Part shown: positions 9,830 through 17,327 of the stretch, piece after piece
Layout: the number at the start of each line of letters is the position of its first letter
How positions within the stretch are numbered: position 1 is the stretch's first letter
From: an uncultured Cellulomonadaceae bacterium
Lineage (GTDB): Bacteria > Actinomycetota > Actinomycetes > Actinomycetales > Cellulomonadaceae
Length of the DNA stretch: 64,000 nucleotides
Assembly (NCBI GenBank): GCA_964510785.1
Contig: CAZECM010000012.1
Location: 59-64,058 of the forward strand
Direction of reading: 5' to 3'
The notes under the pieces: generated by a model
Databases searched by the model: none
What the model was told of the DNA's origin: nothing
The model's input: only the letters and a program-made list of their open reading frames with translations
Made by a program: the position numbers and the translations under genes

Positions 9830-11110
9830 GTGGCTCCCGACGTCGACGTGATCGTCGCCGTGCACGACCTGCGGCGGGAGTTCGTGCGCGCCGTCGGCTC
9901 GGCGCTTGGTGGTGAGGGTGGGGCCGACGACGGCGGGTGCCCGGTCGGTGGTGTAGGTAGGGCCGACGACGACGGCGGTGGGCGGGCCGGTGCCGGAGAC
10001 CCGCGCTCCGGCGCCCGGGTTCGTGTCACGGTCGTGGCCCACAACCTCGAGGCGTCCGTGGTCGACGCTGCGCTCGACGCGGGTGGTCTGGCCGAAGCGC
10101 GCCGCGATGGGCGCGTGCGGGTGATCGAGCTGGCCGACGGTGTGCCCAGCCCCGCCGGCCCCTTCACCCTCGGGCTCGACCGCGCCGAGGCGATGTACGT
10201 CTCGATCATGGGATCGGACGACCGGCTCGAGCCGGGAGCGCTCGCGGCGTGGTGGCGGATCGCGGAGGCGCGCGGCTCGGCGGCCGTGCTCGCGCCGATG
10301 CGGCTCGACACCGGGCGGCTGATCCGCAACCCCGTGCCTCGACCCTTCGCGGGGCGGTGGTGGCCCGCTCCGCTCGATCCGGTGCGCGACCGGCTCGCTC
10401 CCCGCTCCGCGCCCCTGGGCCTGCTGCGGCGTGAGGTGGTGGAGCGGCTCGGGCTGCGGCTCACACCGGGGCTGCGCACGGGGGAGGACATCGGGTTCTC
10501 GGCCCGGTTGTGGTTCTCCGGGGAGCGGCTCGACCTGGACCGGACGGCGCCCGTGTACGTGATCGGGACCGACGCCGCCGAGCGGGTGTCCGCGGGCGCG
10601 AAGCCCGTCGAGGTCGAGCTCGCGGCCGTGCGGCTGCTGCGCGACGAGCCGTGGGTCGAGGCGCTCGGGCCAGCGCAGCGACGAGCGCTCGCGGTGGCGA
10701 TGCTGCGCGTGCACGTGCTCGGCGCCGTGGCGCGGCGCGGCGCGCGAGGCGACTGGGCGGATCGCGGAGGCCCGGTGGGTTCGGCCGGGGGCGCAGCGGC
10801 CGAAGGGACCGCCGTCGGGCAGGACGCCGTCGTCGGCGACCCTTCCCTCGAAGGTGAGGCGCGCTGGCTCGCGGCGCTCGCGCGCGACTGGGCGGACCTC
10901 GCCCCCGGGGCGCTCGCACCGTTCTCGCGCGCGGACCGGCTCGTGCTCGACGCGCTGCTCGCGGGCGCTGACGTGGAGCGGCTCTCGGCCGCGGGTGCCG
11001 CGCGCGCCGCGGCGAGCCGGGCCGACGCCGTGCTCCCGCAACGACTGCGCCACATGGTCGACCGTGAGGGCACGCTGCGGCGCTACGTGCGCGAACGGAT
11101 GTGGTGGTGA
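9830..11110 (+). CDS. GT-A (GT2-like) glycosyltransferase with a Gly/Asp-rich insertion
   Basis: GTG 9830. Has DVIVAVHD, SPAGPFTLGLD and MGSDDRLEPGA (DxD-like) motifs. Paralogous to residues ~415-799 of the 17328..19727 product. Confidence 0.7.
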   Translation: MAPDVDVIVAVHDLRREFVRAVGSALGGEGGADDGGCPVGGVGRADDDGGGRAGAGDPRSGARVRVTVVAHNLEASVVDAALDAGGLAEARRDGRVRVIELADGVPSPAGPFTLGLDRAEAMYVSIMGSDDRLEPGALAAWWRIAEARGSAAVLAPMRLDTGRLIRNPVPRPFAGRWWPAPLDPVRDRLAPRSAPLGLLRREVVERLGLRLTPGLRTGEDIGFSARLWFSGERLDLDRTAPVYVIGTDAAERVSAGAKPVEVELAAVRLLRDEPWVEALGPAQRRALAVAMLRVHVLGAVARRGARGDWADRGGPVGSAGGAAAEGTAVGQDAVVGDPSLEGEARWLAALARDWADLAPGALAPFSRADRLVLDALLAGADVERLSAAGAARAAASRADAVLPQRLRHMVDREGTLRRYVRERMWW

Positions 11111-12348
11111 TGGGCGTCTCGGGCGTGCTCGCGGCGTTGCGCCGTCGGCTGCCCGCTCCTGCAGTCCGGACCCTCGACGCGGCCGTGCGCACCGTCGCCC
11201 GCGTGCTGCCCGAGCGGGTGCGGGTCGCCCTCGGGCCTGCGCACCTGCGCTACGCCACGCGCGACATCCCGCCACCACCCGCCGTCCCGCCCACCCCCGT
11301 GCGCGTCTACATCGCCCCCGCGAACTTCGCCGGCCAGGGCCACGCGTGGGCGCGGGCGGTCGAACGGCTGCCCGGGGTCGGCGCGGTGAGCATGGCGTTC
11401 CAGCGCCCGCGCGGTTTCGCCTTCGACGTCGATGACCCCGTGCCCGAGGCGATCTACGCGGGCTCGCGCCGTTGGCAGTCGCGGCGGCGCGCGCTGCTGC
11501 CGCAGTTCAGCCACGTGATCATCGAGGCCGGGCGCCCGCTGCTCGGGCACCTCATGGGCGCCGACCCGTTCGCGGAGGCGCGGTGGCTGCGCTCGCACGG
11601 CGTCGAGGTCGCGATGCTGTGCCACGGCTCGGACATCCGGCTGCCCTCGCGGCACCGAGAGCTCGAGCCGTTCTCACCCTTCGAACCGACGTGGGAGCTC
11701 ACGGACGTGCTCGAGTCCCAGGCCGCGCGGCTCGCCGCCGGGATCGCCGAGCTCGGGGCGCCGGTGTTCGTGTCGACGCCGGACCTGCTGCTCGACGAGC
11801 CGGGTGCGACGTGGGTGCCCGTGGTGGTCGACGTCGAGCGGTGGCGGGCCGCCGGGCGGGGGGTGCCGCTCGAGCGCGAGGTGCCCGTCGTCGTGCACGC
11901 GCCGTCGAGCGCCCACCTGAAGGGGACGGCGCTGATCGAGCCGGTGCTCGAGTCCCTAGCGGCGCGCGGGCTCGTGGACTATCGGCGCATCGAGGGTGTG
12001 CCCGCCGCGCGGATGCCGGAGGTGTACGGGGACGCCGACGTGGTGCTGGACCAGTTCCGGATCGGCAACTACGGCGTCGCGGCGTGCGAGGCGATGGCCG
12101 CCGGGCGGCTCGTGGTCTCGCACGTGAGCGAGTTCGTGCGCGGGCATGCGCGCGAGGCCGCGGGGCTGGACCTGCCTGTGCTCGAGGCCACGCCGGACAC
12201 CCTGGAGTCGGTGCTCCTCGACGTGCTTGCCGATCGCGTGCGTGCGAGGGTGCTGGCCGCCCGCGGGCCGGCGTTCGTGTCCGCTCTCCACGACGGCACC
12301 CGCTCCGCCGAGGCCTTCGCGCCGTTCCTGGGCGCCCGCACCGCGTGA
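11110..12348 (+). CDS. Putative GT-B glycosyltransferase, family unclear
   Basis: C-terminal half resembles the GT1/GT4 donor-binding domain (VVVHAPSSAHLKGT, GVAACEAMAAGRLVVSH). ATG 11110 overlaps the upstream TGA; GTG 11101 is an alternative start. Confidence 0.55.
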   Translation: MGVSGVLAALRRRLPAPAVRTLDAAVRTVARVLPERVRVALGPAHLRYATRDIPPPPAVPPTPVRVYIAPANFAGQGHAWARAVERLPGVGAVSMAFQRPRGFAFDVDDPVPEAIYAGSRRWQSRRRALLPQFSHVIIEAGRPLLGHLMGADPFAEARWLRSHGVEVAMLCHGSDIRLPSRHRELEPFSPFEPTWELTDVLESQAARLAAGIAELGAPVFVSTPDLLLDEPGATWVPVVVDVERWRAAGRGVPLEREVPVVVHAPSSAHLKGTALIEPVLESLAARGLVDYRRIEGVPAARMPEVYGDADVVLDQFRIGNYGVAACEAMAAGRLVVSHVSEFVRGHAREAAGLDLPVLEATPDTLESVLLDVLADRVRARVLAARGPAFVSALHDGTRSAEAFAPFLGARTA

Positions 12349-12363
12349 CTGAGCCCCTGACTT

Positions 12364-12479
12364 CCTCCCACCCCGCCCACGAGTTCGCGACTTCTGCGCG
12401 AGTTCGTGAGTCCGGACCGACGAACTGGGCCAGAATCCACGAACTCGGCGCGGACCCCGGCGGCGGCGCAGGTGGGAGG
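12364..12479 (+). promoter_or_regulatory. Structured 5' leader with an anti-Shine-Dalgarno arm
   Basis: TCCTCCCACC (12363-12372) is the exact complement of GGTGGGAGGA (12471-12480), which contains the RBS for GTG 12488. Two forward and two reverse CGAGTTCG-type units lie between them. Confidence 0.3.
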
Positions 12480-12487
12480 ATGGCGGG

Positions 12488-13645
12488 GTGGCGGAGGACA
12501 GGCGGCGCGTGCTCGTGCTGAGCTTCTCGCCGATCGCCTCCGACGCCCGCGTGCTCAAGCAGGTCGAGCTGCTGCGGGACCGGTACGCCGTGACGACGTG
12601 CGGCTCTGGTCCGGCGCCCGGCGGCGTCGTGCGGTACATCGAGCTCCTCACCACCTCGGTCGCGCTCGATGGGCGGCTCATCACCCTGCGCGCCTACACC
12701 CGCGCGTACTGGGCGATGCCCGCCGTGGCCGCAGCGCGGTCGCTGCTCGCATCTGAGCGCGAGGGCTTCGACGTCGTCCTCGCCAACGACGTCGAGGCCG
12801 TGCCGCTCGCACTCTGGCTCCGACCCACGCGCGGCGTGCACGCCGACCTGCACGAGTACTCCCCGCGGCTCCACGAGGAGAACCCCGCGTGGCTGCGCCG
12901 GATCGCGCCGTTCTACCGCTGGCTGTGCCGCCGCCACGTCACCCGCGCTGCCTCCGCGACCACGGTGGGCCGGGGACTCGCGGACGCCTACCGCACCGAG
13001 TTCGGCATCGACGCCGGGATCGTCACGAATGCCGCACCGTTCGCGGCGCTCGAGCCGGGGGAGGTGTCCGACGGCGGTCCGCTGCGGCTCGTCCACTCCG
13101 GCGCGGCACTGCGCAACCGCCGGCTCGAGGTGCTTCTCGACGCGGTCGAGGCGACGACGACGGCGGTCACCCTCGACCTGTACCTCATGCCCAACGACCC
13201 GCCCTACATCGCCGAGCTGCGTGAGCGCGCCGCGGCGATCCCCGGGGTCCGGGTGCTGGATCCCGTCCCCTACGCGCAGCTCGTGACGACGCTCCACGGC
13301 TACGACCTCGGCGTGCACCTGCTGCCGCCGGTCAACTTCAACAACGCCAACGCGCTGCCCAACAAGGTGTTCGACTACGTGCAGGCCCGCCTGGGGCTCG
13401 TCGTCGGCCCCACGCCCGAGATGGCGGCGCTCGCCAGGGAGCACGGCGTCGGCGTCGTCTCCCCGGACTTCACCGCGGCGGCCCTCGCCGGGACGCTGGA
13501 CGCACTCACCCCGGAGCGGGTCACCGAGCTGAAGGCCGCCGCGCACGCCGCGGCCCGCGAGCTCTCCGCCGAGACGCAGGTGCTCGGCTGGGCGCGTGCC
13601 GTCGACGCGCTCGCGGCAGACCAACCCGCGGGAGGCCCGCGATGA
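12488..13645 (+). CDS. GT-B-like glycosyltransferase, tandem paralogue 1 (385 aa)
   Basis: VLVLSFSPIASDARVLKQV N-terminus and NALPNKVFDYVQARLGLVVGP C-domain. Colinear with the next gene. Confidence 0.65.
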   Translation: MAEDRRRVLVLSFSPIASDARVLKQVELLRDRYAVTTCGSGPAPGGVVRYIELLTTSVALDGRLITLRAYTRAYWAMPAVAAARSLLASEREGFDVVLANDVEAVPLALWLRPTRGVHADLHEYSPRLHEENPAWLRRIAPFYRWLCRRHVTRAASATTVGRGLADAYRTEFGIDAGIVTNAAPFAALEPGEVSDGGPLRLVHSGAALRNRRLEVLLDAVEATTTAVTLDLYLMPNDPPYIAELRERAAAIPGVRVLDPVPYAQLVTTLHGYDLGVHLLPPVNFNNANALPNKVFDYVQARLGLVVGPTPEMAALAREHGVGVVSPDFTAAALAGTLDALTPERVTELKAAAHAAARELSAETQVLGWARAVDALAADQPAGGPR

Positions 13646-14784
13646 CCGCCCGCCCGCGCCTGCTGATCGTGTCCTTCTCGCCCATCGCCTCGGACGCGCG
13701 CGTGCTCAAGCAGGTGAACCTGTTCGCGGCGGACTTCGACGTGACGACGTGCGGCTACGGCCCGGCGCCCGCGGAGGTAGTGGAGCACCTCGAGATCCCG
13801 GCCGAGGCCGTGGCGTGGCGCAAGGATCCGAAGTGGTTGCTCACGCGTCAGTACCGGCGGGTGTACTGGGGCAACGCCGCGGTCCGGGCGGCGCAGGGGC
13901 TGCTCGGCGGGCGGGAGCTCGACGTCGTCCTCGCCAACGACGTCGACACCGTGCCGCTCGCCCTGTCGCTGCGCCCGGCCCACGGCGTGCACGCCGACCT
14001 GCACGAGTACTCCCCCCGCCAGAACACCGAGCTGCGGCGGTGGCGCTGGTTCGTCGCGCCGTACATGCGCTGGCTGTGCCGCAGGTTCGTGACGCGGGCG
14101 GCGTCAGTCACGACGGTGGGGCAGGGGATCGCCCGCGAGTACGAGCGGCGCTTCGGGTTCCGGCCCCAGGTCGTCACCAACGCCGCGCCGTACGCCGAGC
14201 TCGAGCCGGGGCCGACGGCGGGCGGTGGGCCGCTGCGGCTCGTGCACGCCGGTGTCGCGCTGCGCGGCCGCAACCTGACCGCGCTGGTCGATGCCGTCGC
14301 GGCGACCCGCACGGACGTGACCCTCGACCTGTTCCTCGTGCCGAACGACCCGGGGTACCTCGCCGAGCTGCGTGCCCGCGCCGAGGCCGACCCGCGCGTG
14401 CGCCTGCACGAGCCGGTGCCCTACGCCGAGCTCGTCACCACGCTGCACGGCTTCGACGTGGGCGTGCACGTGCTGCCGCCCGTGAGCTTCAACAACGCGT
14501 GGGCGCTGCCCAACAAGTTCTTCGACTTCGTGCAGGCGCGCCTCGGCGTGATCGTGGGACCGAGCCCCGAGATGGCGCGGCTCGTCGACGAGCACGGGCT
14601 CGGGGCCGTGACGGCGGACTTCTCTGCGGAGGCGCTCACCGCCGTGCTCGACTCATTGACTCCCGAGCAGGTCCGCGCGTGGAAGCGTGCCTCCCACGAG
14701 GCGGCACGCTCTCTCTCCTCAGACACCCAGGTCGAGGTGTGGCGTGCCGTGGTGAACGAGATGCTTCAACGACGGCGTGCCTGA
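13642..14784 (+). CDS. GT-B-like glycosyltransferase, tandem paralogue 2 (380 aa)
   Basis: LLIVSFSPIASDARVLKQV and WALPNKFFDFVQARLGVIVGP. Start overlaps the upstream stop (ATGA). Confidence 0.65.
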   Translation: MTARPRLLIVSFSPIASDARVLKQVNLFAADFDVTTCGYGPAPAEVVEHLEIPAEAVAWRKDPKWLLTRQYRRVYWGNAAVRAAQGLLGGRELDVVLANDVDTVPLALSLRPAHGVHADLHEYSPRQNTELRRWRWFVAPYMRWLCRRFVTRAASVTTVGQGIAREYERRFGFRPQVVTNAAPYAELEPGPTAGGGPLRLVHAGVALRGRNLTALVDAVAATRTDVTLDLFLVPNDPGYLAELRARAEADPRVRLHEPVPYAELVTTLHGFDVGVHVLPPVSFNNAWALPNKFFDFVQARLGVIVGPSPEMARLVDEHGLGAVTADFSAEALTAVLDSLTPEQVRAWKRASHEAARSLSSDTQVEVWRAVVNEMLQRRRA

Positions 14785-14824
14785 CATGTTCGTGCAGGTC
14801 ACGTCGTCGTCAACTGACTGTAGA

Positions 14825-14843
14825 CGTACTTGTAGTAAGTACG
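14825..14843. terminator. AT-rich hairpin between convergent genes
   Basis: CGTACTT-gtagt-AAGTACG lies between the stop of paralogue 2 (14784) and the stop of fic (14878). Confidence 0.35.
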
Positions 14844-14877
14844 CCTAGAGTTGATTGCGGAGGCTTGTCAGCCCTGC

Positions 14878-16095
14878 TCACCGGCGGTGCAGCGCCTGGG
14901 CATAGGCGTCCAGGACCTCGAGAACTCCGCTGTGCTGCCAGACGCGACCCCGGCGTCTGCCGGTGCGCTCGACCAGGAGCCCTACGTCGGCGAGCTGGGC
15001 CAAGGCGCGTTGCGCGGTCACACCTGTGAACCCGAGGTGGCTCTGCAGGAAGGCTGCGTTGATGACTGGGTGGGCGACGAGGTGCGGGAGGACCCGCCAC
15101 CCTGCGGCATCGCTACGCAAGCCAGTCAGTTGCTCTCGCGCGAAAGAGATCTGAGCGGCGAGCGAGTCGACGAGCGATGCACCCGAGCTGGCCGCGAACC
15201 GCGACGCTTCCGCGAAGCGCTCCACGATCGGCCGGGCATCGCCTTCCCGGTAGCTGTTCAGCGCCTCGATGTAGCCCCGAGTGTTGGTGAGTAGACCAGC
15301 GGAGATCGGTGCGGTGGTCTCGGTGACGATCCCCTTGGCGCGGACGAGGGCATGCACGAGAGCGCGGCCGGTGCGGCCGTTGCCGTCGACGAACGGGTGG
15401 ATGGTCTCGAACTGCGCATGTGCGATCGCTGCCTGGACGAGTACGGGCAGGTCGTCGCGGCTCATGAACTGCACGACGTCCTCGATCGCGGAGGGGACAT
15501 GCTCGGCTTGGGGTGCCACGTGCTGGGCACCGCGTGGAGTCACCGCGGAGGAGCCGACCCAGACGAGCTGTTCCCGGAACCGTCCAGCGTGGACCTCCCA
15601 GCCGGGCTGATTCGCGAGCAGTTGCTCATGCATAGCGAGGATCGCCGCTGAGTCGAGGCGGTCGGCGAGCCCTAGCGCGGCCTCCATCGCCCGGACGTTG
15701 GCGACGACGATCTTGGCGTTGGCCGACGTGGACTCGTCGAGCTCGGCGAGGGCGAGACTGCGTGCCCCGACCGTGAGGTTCTCGATCTGCGACGAGGACG
15801 CGGACTCGGTGCGTAGCAAGATCGAGGACATCGGCCCCAGTGTTGGTGAGTGGCTTCCCAAGGAGGCCCTCGCATACACGTTGAACTGTGTCAGGGCGTT
15901 CGTTGCCTCCTCCGCGTCCGCAGCGAGGTCCGTTGGCAGGTCGAGTTCGAGGGAGGCGATGGGTGACGCCATGCTGGACTCGTAGAGTCCGGACGCGGCT
16001 GACATCGCCGCGCGAGATCTCATGCCGTCGTTCTGCGCGACCCAGTAGTGCTCCTCGAAGGTGAGGGGTGGGACCGGCAGTGGTGCGGGAGTCAT
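14878..16095 (-). CDS. Fic family protein (AMPylase-type), class II with N-terminal inhibitory helix and C-terminal winged-helix-like tail
   Basis: Start at MTPAPLPV (ATG 16095). Canonical HPFVDGNGRTGR motif. SSQIEN matches [ST]xxxE[GN]. Confidence 0.9.
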   Translation of the reverse strand: MTPAPLPVPPLTFEEHYWVAQNDGMRSRAAMSAASGLYESSMASPIASLELDLPTDLAADAEEATNALTQFNVYARASLGSHSPTLGPMSSILLRTESASSSQIENLTVGARSLALAELDESTSANAKIVVANVRAMEAALGLADRLDSAAILAMHEQLLANQPGWEVHAGRFREQLVWVGSSAVTPRGAQHVAPQAEHVPSAIEDVVQFMSRDDLPVLVQAAIAHAQFETIHPFVDGNGRTGRALVHALVRAKGIVTETTAPISAGLLTNTRGYIEALNSYREGDARPIVERFAEASRFAASSGASLVDSLAAQISFAREQLTGLRSDAAGWRVLPHLVAHPVINAAFLQSHLGFTGVTAQRALAQLADVGLLVERTGRRRGRVWQHSGVLEVLDAYAQALHRR

Positions 16096-16156
16096 TGGGG
16101 GTGCCTCAAGGTGCAAGTTGTGCGAGAAGTGTGAGCACACCCTAACCCTTAGTAAC

Positions 16157-16177
16157 AGTTACGTGCTAGATGTAACT
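16157..16177. promoter_or_regulatory. AT-rich palindrome upstream of fic
   Basis: AGTTAC-gtgctagat-GTAACT lies within a locally AT-rich 94-nt gap between the epimerase stop and the fic start. Confidence 0.3.
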
Positions 16178-16189
16178 AAAGTAGGGTGC

Positions 16190-17269
16190 CTAGATACGTT
16201 TGCTGGCTGTTTCATCCACCAGGGTGGCGATCACGCGCTGCGCCGCGTGGCCGTCGCCGTAGGGGGTGGCATCCGTCGACGGCGGTCGGGGGCGCATCAC
16301 CGCGGCCCGCACGGCGTCGGCGTCCTGGGCCAGGACGTTCCACCCCAGCTCGACCGTCTCTACCCACTCGGTCTCGGTGCGCACCGTGGTGCACGGCACG
16401 CGCAGCAGGAACGCCTCCTTCTGCAGCCCGCCCGAGTCGGTGACGACGCCGGCGCTCGCGGACACCGCCGCCACGAGTCGCGGGTACGCGAGCGGCTCGA
16501 GCAGCCGGACCGCTCCGCTACCCCACGTCACGCCGGCCTCGGCGGACTTCGCCACGAGCCGCGGGTGCGCGAGCAGCAGCACGGGCAGGTCGAGCGACTC
16601 GAGCGCTTCCGCGATCCACCCGAGCCGTGCGGGATCGTCGGTGTTCTCCGCGCGGTGCACCGTCGCGACGTAGAACTCCCCGGGCGCCACCTCCGCCGCA
16701 CCGAGCACGTCGTTGATGTCCCCGGCCGCCGTGTCCCGGGTCGCGAACAGCACGTCCGTCATGACGTCTCCCACGAGCACCGACCGCTCGGCGAGTCCCT
16801 CGCGAGCAAGGTGGCCCATCGCGACCGCCGTCGGCGCGAGGCACAGGTCCGCCGCGTGGTCGGTGAGCACCCGGTTGTGCTCCTCGGGCATCGCCCGGTT
16901 GAACGAGCGCAACCCTGCCTCGAGGTGCGCAACGGGGATGTGCAGCTTCACCGCGGCGAGCGCCGCCGCGAGGGTCGAGTTCGTGTCCCCGTACACGAGC
17001 ACCCAGTCGGGCCGCTGCGCGAGCAGCACCTCGTCGAGCGCGGCGAGGATCGCGCCGGTCTGCACCCCGTGGCTGCCCGAGCCCACGCCGAGGTGCACGT
17101 CCGGCGCGGGGATACCCAGGTCGGTGAAGAACACGTCGGACAGCAGCGGGTCATAGTGCTGCCCGGTGTGCACGATGACGTGCTCGACGCCCGCCGCCGC
17201 AGCCGCATGAGCGATCGGCGCGAGCTTCACGAACTGGGGCCGCGCCCCGACCACGCTGAGGATCTTCAC
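16190..17269 (-). CDS. UDP-N-acetylglucosamine 2-epimerase (non-hydrolysing), WecB/WbpI-like
   Basis: GTG 17269 gives VKILSVVGARPQFVKLAPI; also has HTGQHYD and HLEAGLRSFNRAMPEEHNR motifs. The rest of ORF 16190..17905 is low-complexity. Confidence 0.9.
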   Translation of the reverse strand: MKILSVVGARPQFVKLAPIAHAAAAAGVEHVIVHTGQHYDPLLSDVFFTDLGIPAPDVHLGVGSGSHGVQTGAILAALDEVLLAQRPDWVLVYGDTNSTLAAALAAVKLHIPVAHLEAGLRSFNRAMPEEHNRVLTDHAADLCLAPTAVAMGHLAREGLAERSVLVGDVMTDVLFATRDTAAGDINDVLGAAEVAPGEFYVATVHRAENTDDPARLGWIAEALESLDLPVLLLAHPRLVAKSAEAGVTWGSGAVRLLEPLAYPRLVAAVSASAGVVTDSGGLQKEAFLLRVPCTTVRTETEWVETVELGWNVLAQDADAVRAAVMRPRPPSTDATPYGDGHAAQRVIATLVDETASKRI

Positions 17270-17327
17270 GCCCGCCAGCGTAGGCGCTCGCGGCCCGCCG
17301 GGGCGGTCAGCACCTAGCCTGGTCAGC

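Noticed and set aside
14878-16095. Fic as the toxin of a two-gene toxin-antitoxin pair.
   Set aside because: No small ORF with an [ST]xxxE[GN] antitoxin motif is adjacent. The inhibitory motif is intramolecular (SSQIEN), so this is a class II single-gene Fic.
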